Below, piece by piece: positions 54,874-64,000 of a DNA stretch of 64,000 nt (positions within the stretch are counted from its first letter, which is position 1; each line of letters opens with the position of its first letter). The notes beneath the pieces were generated by a model. That model was not told the origin of the DNA. It was given only the letters and a program-made list of their open reading frames with translations, and did not search any database. Location: contig JBKAGE010000054.1 of assembly GCA_046290225.1 (NCBI GenBank), forward strand, positions 1 to 64,000, written 5' to 3'. This DNA comes from Bradymonadia bacterium (GTDB taxonomy: Bacteria > Myxococcota_A > Bradymonadia > UBA7976 > UBA1532). Made by a program: the position numbers and the translations under genes.

Positions 54874-56886
54874 ATGACCCAGACCCTCCGCCTGACTTTC
54901 GTCTCTCTTCTGGTCACTCTGGGGTGCACAGGCAGCCCGAACGAGGCCGCCGCCGGTGACTCGGGCCCCCTCACCTGCGAGGTGATGCCCCAGCTCATGG
55001 ACCGCTACTACCAGGGCCACGTGCGCTACCGCGACAACGAAGACACGTTGCGCAGCCGCACCGTGGAGGCCTACCTCAAGCGGACCGACGGCACGAAGAC
55101 CACCCTGCTCACTGGGGAGTACGACCAGGCCAGGCAGTCCCTGCTCAAGATGTTCTCCAAGATGGAAGACGGCGACTGCAGCGCCCTCACCAAGCTCCAC
55201 GCCAAGGAGATCGAGGTGGCCAAGGCCCAGGCGGCCTTCGTGGGCAAGCTGCTCAAGACGCCGGGCTTCAACGTCGACGAGAAGGTGCGCCTGGTCCTCG
55301 ACTCGGACAAGCGCACCCGGCCCAAGAGCAAGGCGGAGCAGAACTCACTGCTCACCAAGCTGATCCACTTCCAGCTCTCGAACTATCTGAACTCCGGCAC
55401 CGAGCTGAAGACCGCCCGGGAGAAGCTGGCCCACCGCTACGAGCTGGCGGTGAAGCGCCTGGAAGAGCTGGACACCACCGATCTCTACTCGAGCTTCCTC
55501 GACGCCTTCGCCACGGCCCTCGATCCGCACTCGAGCTACTTTTCTGCCGAAGCCCTCGACGACTTCCGCATCAGCATGGGTCTGTCTCTTGAGGGCATCG
55601 GGGCGGTGCTCACCAGCCGCGACGGCTACACCACCATCGAGAAGATCGTGCCCGGCGGCCCCGCCTCGCGCCACGGCAAGCTCAAGACCAAAGACAAGAT
55701 CATCGCCGTCTCCCAGGGGGACAAGGGCGATCCCGTCGACGTCATCGACATGTCACTGCGAGATGTTGTCCGGTTGATCCGCGGTAAGAAGGGCACCGTG
55801 GTGAAGCTCACCGTGCTGCGCCAGGGCGAGAAGACCGAGACGCTGCAGTTCTCCATCGTGCGCGACAAGATCGACCTCAAAGAGCAGGCAGCGAAGGTGC
55901 GCTACGAGAAGCGCACCGTCGACGGCCGTACCCTCAACTTCGCCGTGCTCGACCTGCCCTCTTTCTATGGGGGCCAGAGCGGTCAGCGTCAGTGCGACGA
56001 GGATGTGAAGAACATCCTGAAGGAGATCACCGCCAAGAAGGGGGCCGACAAGGTCGACGGGCTGGTCCTCGACCTCTCCCGCAACGGCGGGGGGCTGCTG
56101 AGTCACGCCGTCACCATCAGCGGCTTCTTCATCAAGCAGGGTGGCGTCGTCGCCGTGGAAGGTCCCGCCACAAGCCGTCAGGTCTTGCGTGACAAAGACG
56201 AGGAGATCCAGTTCGCCGGCCCCATGGTGGTGCTCACCTCCCGGGTGAGCGCCTCGGCCTCTGAGATCCTCGCCGGTGCCCTCAAGGATTACCGTCGAGC
56301 CATCATCGTCGGCGCCGATCACACCTTCGGCAAGGGCACCGTGCAGACGGTGAGCCCTCTGGCCCCGGGCCTCGGCGCCCTCAAGATCACCACCGCCATG
56401 TTCTTCCGCCCCTCGGGTGTGAGCACCCAGAACAAGGGCGTGAAGGCCGACGTGGTGCTGCCCCCGGGCTTCTTGAACGACGACTACGGCGAAAAGTACC
56501 AGGACTACGCCCTGCCCGGTGATCGCATCGACGCCTTCCGCAGCAAGCAGGCCAACACCAGCGACGGCAAGGGCTGGCGGGCGGTCACCGACGCCATGAT
56601 CGCTCAGCTGAGCACTCGCTCGAAGGGCCGTGTGGCTCAGAGCGAGAAGTTCAAAGAGATCAAGGACGACATCGAGAAAGCCAAGAAGAACCGCGGTGAG
56701 GTGATCCTCGGCGAGTACCTCTCGCGTACGAAGGATGACAAGAAGGACGACGAGAAGAAGGACGACGCCAACAACCCCCACAAGGGCGGCGACGAAGACG
56801 AAGAGCTCACCGCTCAGGCTGAAGAAGCCCTCAACATCCTCGCCGATTACGTCACCCTCTCGGGTCAGGTGGTGAAGAACCAGTGA
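54874..56886 (+). CDS. prc: Carboxy-terminal processing protease (S41, Prc/Tsp type)
   Basis: DPHSSYF, PDZ EGIGAVL, DLSRNGGG, SASASEILAGAL, TFGKGTVQ. Confidence 0.92.
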   Translation: MTQTLRLTFVSLLVTLGCTGSPNEAAAGDSGPLTCEVMPQLMDRYYQGHVRYRDNEDTLRSRTVEAYLKRTDGTKTTLLTGEYDQARQSLLKMFSKMEDGDCSALTKLHAKEIEVAKAQAAFVGKLLKTPGFNVDEKVRLVLDSDKRTRPKSKAEQNSLLTKLIHFQLSNYLNSGTELKTAREKLAHRYELAVKRLEELDTTDLYSSFLDAFATALDPHSSYFSAEALDDFRISMGLSLEGIGAVLTSRDGYTTIEKIVPGGPASRHGKLKTKDKIIAVSQGDKGDPVDVIDMSLRDVVRLIRGKKGTVVKLTVLRQGEKTETLQFSIVRDKIDLKEQAAKVRYEKRTVDGRTLNFAVLDLPSFYGGQSGQRQCDEDVKNILKEITAKKGADKVDGLVLDLSRNGGGLLSHAVTISGFFIKQGGVVAVEGPATSRQVLRDKDEEIQFAGPMVVLTSRVSASASEILAGALKDYRRAIIVGADHTFGKGTVQTVSPLAPGLGALKITTAMFFRPSGVSTQNKGVKADVVLPPGFLNDDYGEKYQDYALPGDRIDAFRSKQANTSDGKGWRAVTDAMIAQLSTRSKGRVAQSEKFKEIKDDIEKAKKNRGEVILGEYLSRTKDDKKDDEKKDDANNPHKGGDEDEELTAQAEEALNILADYVTLSGQVVKNQ

Positions 56887-56906
56887 GCTGAGCGCTCAAG
56901 CACTCT

Positions 56907-58298
56907 TCACACCACCAACCGCCGCAACAACCTCGCCGTCACGGGTCGCTTGGCATCTTCGAACACCAATGCGTCGAAGAACCGCCTGATCCGCATCGAA
57001 CTCAATGCCGCATGACGCGCTCGTGCGCTCGCCTCGTCAGCACAGGGCAACACGTACACCGTATCGTCGAAGAGCACAGGGCGACCCTTCTCAGGGCCCA
57101 CGCACTGGAAGACGATCTCCCGATGCAGACCCGAGACGGCGATCTTCCAGTCGGTGAAGCTGTAGGGCCCCACGCCGAAGATCGAGTATGGGGGCTTGCC
57201 TTGATAGATACGGCTTCGACGGGCCTCGAATACCGCTCGATGAGCCTCGAGATACGCCCACGCTTTGGGGGCACTGAGGGCGAGCCCCTCTGTAGAGGCA
57301 CCCACCTCGCGCTGAGGCAACAGCAACCACCGGCGACAGCCGTACCCGCGCGCTACATCGGTTCCCCGCATCAAGGGGTAGAGCACCTCGGGCTCGACGT
57401 GCACCGGCTCCCCCAAGCCATTGACGAGTACGCCATCAGGACCCCGCTCGAGCACCAAGACCCTGGCACAGTCATGCTTCACCCCCGAGCGCCACTGCGG
57501 GCCCTCACCGATGAGGGGCGCCGCCTCGGCGAATGCGTCCAGATCAGCGATGAGCCCGCAATCAGAAGACCAACCCAGGGTGCGACTCGGCGCGCGGGCG
57601 TCGAGATCGGGATAGACAGGACAGCGAGGCTCACCCCGTACACCAAGACGGCAGATGAGTACGCAGGCCCCCACAGACGCCTCGAACCAGCGCCGGGCGT
57701 CGATGACGTGCATGGACGCATCAGCGATGGGCAACCCCTCGCGCCAGGCAAAGGCGAGCAGCTTCCGGGCAACCGAGGCCTTGAGCACCAGGGCCAGGGC
57801 GCCTTTTCGGTGGGCGTAGGCCTGCAACCAGCGCTCCCCGAGCCACTGAGAGACATCGAAGTTGCTCTTGCCAGTGAGGGCGTCGAGACCTTTGAGGTCA
57901 TGGGCACCATGGGGTCGTAAATCGCTGTCCAGAGCACCAAGAGCTGCGCTGGTCACCCATGGTGGGTTGCCCACCAACAGTACAGGGCCCTCTACGAGCC
58001 TCTGCCAGTCGGTGGTGAAGGCGTCTTCGTGCAGAAGTCGAGCGCGGGGCAGGCGCTCAGCGGCGACGCTCAGGTGGGCCCCGTTGACCTCAACGCCCAC
58101 CAGCGCCTTGGGTGAGAGCCCTCGAGCGGCCACCAGCATCGCCCCGATCCCACAGGTGGGCTCCAAGGCGGTGAAGGTCGGGTAATCGAGATCAGGCAGA
58201 CGTCGCCTCAAGCAACGAACAACCTGCTCCGCGAGGGCGTCGGGCGTCTGAAAATCACCGCGGATACGTCGCGCTCTCGAGACCGGCTCTGACACCAA
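56907..58298 (-). CDS. Amino (probably N6-adenine) DNA methyltransferase, gamma-class motif order, orphan
   Basis: GDFQTP (X), LEPTCGIG (I), GNPPW (IV), C-terminal TRD-like region. Confidence 0.85.
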   Translation of the reverse strand: MVSEPVSRARRIRGDFQTPDALAEQVVRCLRRRLPDLDYPTFTALEPTCGIGAMLVAARGLSPKALVGVEVNGAHLSVAAERLPRARLLHEDAFTTDWQRLVEGPVLLVGNPPWVTSAALGALDSDLRPHGAHDLKGLDALTGKSNFDVSQWLGERWLQAYAHRKGALALVLKASVARKLLAFAWREGLPIADASMHVIDARRWFEASVGACVLICRLGVRGEPRCPVYPDLDARAPSRTLGWSSDCGLIADLDAFAEAAPLIGEGPQWRSGVKHDCARVLVLERGPDGVLVNGLGEPVHVEPEVLYPLMRGTDVARGYGCRRWLLLPQREVGASTEGLALSAPKAWAYLEAHRAVFEARRSRIYQGKPPYSIFGVGPYSFTDWKIAVSGLHREIVFQCVGPEKGRPVLFDDTVYVLPCADEASARARHAALSSMRIRRFFDALVFEDAKRPVTARLLRRLVV

Positions 58299-58406
58299 TC
58301 AGGCCTCGGCGGAGACACCCTTGCGGGCCGTCACCTCGATCTCCACCTTCATCTGCGGCTCTACCAGGGCGGTGAACACCATGGTGTTCGCCGGGCTGTG
58401 GCCCAT
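58299..58406 (-). pseudogene. RidA/YjgF family C-terminal fragment (35 aa)
   Basis: MGHSPANTMVFTALVEPQMKVEIEVTARKGVSAEA*, matching the RidA terminal PAxT..L..P..KVEIE.xA motif; not in the ORF track. Confidence 0.65.
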
Positions 58407-59563
58407 CACTTCACCTCCGCAGATGAAGCCCACCCCACGGAGAACCACACGCTGACGGCAGCTTGGTCGGACTGGTCAGCCACAGAAGGCGAGTACCCTC
58501 CGCGCAGGTCGAACTGCCAGTTGCCTGGCCGGTAGTCCACCGCGGCGCCGACGCCATAGAGCGTGTCGTACTCGCCAGAATCCATCCGCAGGGGATCTTC
58601 GAGGTGGATGGCCGAGACCACCGGGCCAGCCTCGAGGGCCCCCTTCATGAAGCGGCGCTTGATGGCCCCCATGCCCGAGATGTATTTGCTCGACAGGTAC
58701 GAGGCCCACGGCGCCCCGGGGAGCGGGGTGACATAAGGGTTCATACCACCGAGCCGGTCACGGGTGAGATCGTCCTCGCCGGCGCCAAAGGCCGCGGCCT
58801 CTTGGACCTCTACGCGCCAGCAGCGACCCAGCAGCGCCCCGGCCCGCATCCACTGACGGCCGATGATGGGGGCGCTGTTGGCGTCGTTGCGCCCATCGGT
58901 CTGGTCAAAGGCGGTGGGATCCACGGCCCCCCAGCTGCTCGAGTCGCTGCGCAGGTTGACGCCGATCTCCCCGCCGATGGCGAAGCCCTTGAGTCGGGGG
59001 AACAGGCGATGTCGCGCCGACCAGCCGGGATCGTTGTCGAGGTGCCACCAGGTCATGCGCAGCCGTGGCCGATACACCCAGGCCTCTTCTGGCAGCGTGA
59101 AGTTGTCGCTGGTGTCGTCATTGGTGCCGAAGAACCACTTGCGCCCCTGAAACAACAACTCGGTGTAGAGCCGGTCTGCGGTCCGGTGCTTGACCCCGAC
59201 GGCGGCCTCGACATAGCTCGCCAGGAACCCACGCTCGGGGATGGTCTGACCCCCCTGATAGTAGTCGGGCAGCAGACCGGCGATGCCGTACTCCCCCGTG
59301 AGCCCTGCAGAGAAAGTCAGGCGGGGGGCGATGCGAATGCCCGAAGCGGTGAGGCGCAACGTGTCGGTGTTGTACTCCACCCCGAGGTTGCCTTCGGCGG
59401 TCAGCGGGGTGTCGTAGCCGATGATCGCCACCCCATGGGCTGGAACGTTCTCGTCGTTCCAACCCTCCACACCGAGCAAGTAGGACCATCGCCCGGCCTC
59501 TGCGGTCTGGCCGAGGCTCATGAGTCCGAGAGAGAGAGACGCGGTGAGGATGACGTGTTTCAT
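58406..59563 (-). CDS. Putative outer-membrane beta-barrel protein
   Basis: Signal peptide (AEA), aromatic amphipathic strands, terminal VWFSVGW. Confidence 0.65.
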   Translation of the reverse strand: MKHVILTASLSLGLMSLGQTAEAGRWSYLLGVEGWNDENVPAHGVAIIGYDTPLTAEGNLGVEYNTDTLRLTASGIRIAPRLTFSAGLTGEYGIAGLLPDYYQGGQTIPERGFLASYVEAAVGVKHRTADRLYTELLFQGRKWFFGTNDDTSDNFTLPEEAWVYRPRLRMTWWHLDNDPGWSARHRLFPRLKGFAIGGEIGVNLRSDSSSWGAVDPTAFDQTDGRNDANSAPIIGRQWMRAGALLGRCWRVEVQEAAAFGAGEDDLTRDRLGGMNPYVTPLPGAPWASYLSSKYISGMGAIKRRFMKGALEAGPVVSAIHLEDPLRMDSGEYDTLYGVGAAVDYRPGNWQFDLRGGYSPSVADQSDQAAVSVWFSVGWASSAEVK

Positions 59564-59797
59564 GCCGACTCTGATGTGCGTTGGGCTCAGATCTTCCTAC
59601 ACCAGATCCCGCCTGTCGTCGATCCTGGTCAGGGTCGGGCAAAGCATGGGGAGACGCCCACATGGTGGTCGACAGAGTAGCCACCCTCGGTGAGGTGACA
59701 GTGTCACAGTGGATACTGAACCGACCACCTCCGACCACACCAGCGGGCGCACGACGGCATGGCACCCCTGGCCTGATTCGTGCATCATTCTCACACC

Positions 59798-61810
59798 ATG
59801 AAGACGCTCACCCCCCTGATGTGGATCCCCCTCTTCGTCGCCTGCGCCAGCGAGCCTGGCGGCGACGCCTTACCTGCATCTCCCTCGGGCGAGCAGGCCG
59901 GCACACCGGTGGGCGGCAAAGCTGACACCACCGTGGGGCCGGTGACCTCGATGCAGTGCCAGGCGCTGAGTCATCACGTCCGGCCAGGTGGCTTCGTCGA
60001 GATCGACGTCCAGGCCAAAGATCGAGCGGGGGCCTCGAGCCGTAATTACGAGCTCAGCGTACAGCCCGAATTCAACTCTCGGGTCGTGCAGCGCAACAAG
60101 GTGATCTTCAACACCCCTGGTGCTTACGAGATCACGTGCTGTGCCCTCGACACAGGTCTGTGCGACACCACCGCGGTCCAGGTGGGGCAGCTCTACCCGG
60201 CCCTCTCGGTCACCGCGCCCAGATGGGCCGAGGGCACGTCTACGGTTCAGTTGACCGGCCAGGCCTTCGATCACATGGGTGAGCAAGTGAAGCTCACCGT
60301 CGACGATCGGGAGGTCCGCGTCGACGCCGACAACCGCTTCACCGTGAGCGTCCCTGTCACCAGCGGCGTGAACACCTTCACCCTCGTGGCCACCGACGCC
60401 GAGGGCAGGTCCAGCACACGGTACGCCTGGACCCTCGCCGGCCCCTTCGGCGATCTCGACGATCCTGAAGATGACGGTGTGGTCGTGGCCCTCGGCTCAA
60501 CCGCCTACCCACAGCTGTCAGATCTCATCGAGCGGGGCCTGCGCCCTGCCCTGCGCTCCGAGTCTTTCTATGCAGCGGTGATGAGGCCCCAGGCAGGTGA
60601 GGAGGGCTTCTATCAATGGAAGCTCAATCCCGAGGGCATCGGCATCAGCGACGTCGACGTCGATCTACGGCCCAACGCAGTCGGCCTGAAGATCGACGTC
60701 ATTCTCGAGCGCATCATCTTCACCGCCGAGGCGCAGACCAAGCTCGGTTTCTTCGGCTGGAAGCGCCGTGACGTCACCGCCACCGTCGACCGCTTCGAGG
60801 TCTCCACCACTGCGCGCTTGCGAAACCGCAGCCTCAGTCTCGACGCCCTCACCGTCAACCTCGTGGACTTCGACATCGAGATCAGCGACCTGCCAGGCTT
60901 CATCGAAGACATCCTGCTCTACTTCTTCGAGGACGATCTCAAGAAGACCATCGAAGAGGAACTCCGCGAGCAGCTCGACGAAAAGCTCGAGGGCGCCCTC
61001 GACGGCTTCGCCCGCGAGCTCGATGTGGACATGCCCGAGCCATTGCACGGCGCTCTCACCGTACGCACCGACTTGAGCACGCTTCACGGGGATCAGTCGG
61101 GGCTCCTCGTGGGCATGGCCTTCACGGTCGACGGTGAAACAGATCCATTGCGTCTCGACGCGCCAGGGCCATGGCGTGGCGCAGCCGCTGCCGCTCGGCC
61201 CTTCCGCCAGGGTATGTATGAAGCGGCCATGTCCATCGATCTGTTCAACACGCTGTTCTTCGCCGCGTGGCAGACCGGGGCCCTCGATATGTCGTTCAAC
61301 CAGGAAGAGCAACGCCCAGATCCGGATGTGCCCGAGGTCCTCGCAGTGGACTACTTCGTCGACCTCAAGCTCCCCCCCGTGGTGCAGCCCGGTGACAACG
61401 CCGGCGAGTACTTCCTCGATCTCGCGGCGATCCAGCTCGACGCCGTCCTCGAGAGCAGCATCGGCTTCATCAACGCCTCGGCAGCCGTCGGCGGGCGCCT
61501 CAGCTTCACCTTCAAGGTGGAAGATAACGCGGTCGCTCTGGACATCCAGCCGGTCTACATCGACCTCGACCTGCAGGTGGCCCCCGCCGATCTGGAGCGT
61601 GAGTCGGTCCGCCGCTACTTCGCCCGTTTGATTCAGGAAAAGGTGTTCCCCAAGATCGCCCGCCTGAGCAAGGCCATGCCCGTGCCCGAAGCCGACCTCT
61701 CCAAGCTGGGCCTCGAAGGCATCAACACCCTCTCCGTAAAAGAACTCCGCATCGCCCCTGGCCGCACCGCAGACGTGATTCGTCTCGATGGCCGTGTGGT
61801 GGTGGAGTGA
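59798..61810 (+). CDS. Lipoprotein with GKAD motif, Ig-like domains and a possible BPI/LBP-like C-terminal region
   Basis: Lipobox FVAC, GGKAD, Ig pattern (SGVNTFTLVATDAEG), long strand/helix region with FNTLFFAAWQTG. Confidence 0.65.
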   Translation: MKTLTPLMWIPLFVACASEPGGDALPASPSGEQAGTPVGGKADTTVGPVTSMQCQALSHHVRPGGFVEIDVQAKDRAGASSRNYELSVQPEFNSRVVQRNKVIFNTPGAYEITCCALDTGLCDTTAVQVGQLYPALSVTAPRWAEGTSTVQLTGQAFDHMGEQVKLTVDDREVRVDADNRFTVSVPVTSGVNTFTLVATDAEGRSSTRYAWTLAGPFGDLDDPEDDGVVVALGSTAYPQLSDLIERGLRPALRSESFYAAVMRPQAGEEGFYQWKLNPEGIGISDVDVDLRPNAVGLKIDVILERIIFTAEAQTKLGFFGWKRRDVTATVDRFEVSTTARLRNRSLSLDALTVNLVDFDIEISDLPGFIEDILLYFFEDDLKKTIEEELREQLDEKLEGALDGFARELDVDMPEPLHGALTVRTDLSTLHGDQSGLLVGMAFTVDGETDPLRLDAPGPWRGAAAAARPFRQGMYEAAMSIDLFNTLFFAAWQTGALDMSFNQEEQRPDPDVPEVLAVDYFVDLKLPPVVQPGDNAGEYFLDLAAIQLDAVLESSIGFINASAAVGGRLSFTFKVEDNAVALDIQPVYIDLDLQVAPADLERESVRRYFARLIQEKVFPKIARLSKAMPVPEADLSKLGLEGINTLSVKELRIAPGRTADVIRLDGRVVVE

Positions 61811-61870
61811 TCCGCCCCTGACGGGCACCTCTACACATCCAACTTGATCTCTGGGCCATGAGGCATCACC

Positions 61871-61894
61871 ATCCGTTCATCATGATGATCGGAT
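61871..61894. promoter_or_regulatory. 24-bp palindrome, putative SahR-like operator
   Basis: ATCCG-T-TCATCATGATGA-T-CGGAT, 8 nt before the regulator start. Confidence 0.65.
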
Positions 61895-61902
61895 AACAGT
61901 CT

Positions 61903-62862
61903 TTGGCCACGGCCCTCACCACCACCACCGACCTGTGCAAGCTGTTGGGCGATCCGACCCGGCTGCGCCTGCTCGCGGCGTTGAGTCATCAGCCCCTCAG
62001 CGTCGCCGAGTTGGTGAAGATCACAGGCCTGGGGCAATCCAGGGTGTCCACCCACCTCGGCAAGCTCAGAGAGGCCGACCTCGTCACCGTGCAGCCCATG
62101 GGCGGTCGCGGCATCTACACAGCTGAGGCCAGCCGGATGCCCGATCACGTGGCCCGGTGGTGGCGCTTCGCCCAGAGCGAGCTCGCTGATCCTCTCCTCG
62201 AGCAGGACCGAGCGCGTATCTCCGAAGTCGTCGCCGCCCGCCACGGAGGCCGTTGGGCCGACACCGTCGCCGGCCGCATGGCCCGGCACTACTCACCCGG
62301 GCGTACGTGGCCGGCCTTCGCCCGAGGCATTGCCGGTCTCATCGGCATGCCTTCTGACGGGCACTTGCTCGACATCGCATCTGGAGACGGCGCCCTGGCA
62401 GAGCTGGTGGTGCCTCAGGTGGCCAGTGTCACCTGCCTCGATCGCAGCGCCCATGTCGTCGCTGAGGGTCGCCGTCGGCTCGGACACCTCGACACGCTGC
62501 GCTTCGTCGAAGGCGACATGCACGATCTGCCCTTCGAGGCCGGGCACTTTCACGGCGCCCTGCTCATGGGGGCGCTGTGTCATGCCGATGACCCCGCAGT
62601 GGCCATCAACGAAGCCAGCAGGGTGCTCAAAGTCGATGGGCGCATGGTGATCGTCACCTTGAAGGCACACGGTCATCGAGAGGCTGTGGCCCCATACGAC
62701 CACGTACAGCTCGGCTTCACCGTCGAGGCCATCGGCGCGCTGCTCGAAGCTGCCCACTGTGAGGTGCTGAGTTGCACCGTCACTGGGCGAGAGAAGCGCC
62801 CCCCACATTTCGAAGTGATCACAGCCGTGGCGCGCAAAGTCAGCCACCACGGCGCCCGATGA
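61903..62862 (+). CDS. sahR: ArsR-HTH/SAM-methyltransferase-fold fusion regulator (SahR-like)
   Basis: [38 protein letters not shown] motif; directly upstream of metH. Confidence 0.82.
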   Translation: MATALTTTTDLCKLLGDPTRLRLLAALSHQPLSVAELVKITGLGQSRVSTHLGKLREADLVTVQPMGGRGIYTAEASRMPDHVARWWRFAQSELADPLLEQDRARISEVVAARHGGRWADTVAGRMARHYSPGRTWPAFARGIAGLIGMPSDGHLLDIASGDGALAELVVPQVASVTCLDRSAHVVAEGRRRLGHLDTLRFVEGDMHDLPFEAGHFHGALLMGALCHADDPAVAINEASRVLKVDGRMVIVTLKAHGHREAVAPYDHVQLGFTVEAIGALLEAAHCEVLSCTVTGREKRPPHFEVITAVARKVSHHGAR

Positions 62863-62881
62863 ATGCGTTGAGGAGAGATCG

Positions 62882-64000
<1,119 letters not shown>

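Noticed and set aside
56907..59563. MTase region as a defence island or prophage
   Set aside because: No nuclease, helicase, integrase or phage genes adjacent
59768..59784. CTGGCCTGATTCGTGCA as a sigma-54 promoter
   Set aside because: Spacing fits, but the TSS would fall about 3 nt before the ATG with no RBS; too weak to call

Overview
High-GC bacterial chromosomal segment with a Myxococcota-like signature: eukaryote-like Ser/Thr kinases, sigma-54 enhancer-binding proteins (one with an FHA domain), many lipoproteins and giant Cys/Asp-rich surface proteins. No rRNA, tRNA, CRISPR array, transposase or integrase was recognised. In order, the window holds: a 2-oxoacid dehydrogenase operon (degenerate E3-like, E1-beta, E2, no E1-alpha); a GNAT-mtnB-mtnD-def-kinase-Thg1-like run; a GH79 lipoprotein; an HTH gene divergent from a fibrinogen/TSP3/hexapeptide-repeat protein, with twin GCGTCA-N4-TGACGC palindromes between them; an RbfA-like gene coupled to a disrupted rtcB; an esterase lipoprotein; corA; a sigma-54 module (secreted arginine-deiminase-like enzyme, EBP, circularly permuted ATP-grasp ligase plus M14 peptidase) with two -24/-12 promoters and three TCGG-N11-CCGA sites; an RCC1 lipoprotein; DM13 plus beta-barrel; an FHA-EBP, two giant paralogous surface proteins, a kinase and a Kazal lipoprotein; GT4, a TolB-like protein, asnB, neuB-like, prc, an orphan N6-MTase, a RidA fragment, and sahR-like-metH (partial). 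The best candidates for undescribed systems are the sigma-54 ligase/peptidase/deiminase module, the RbfA-like-RtcB pair, the pseudo-E3 and the novel threefold Cys domain. All calls come from motif recognition by eye; no searches were run.
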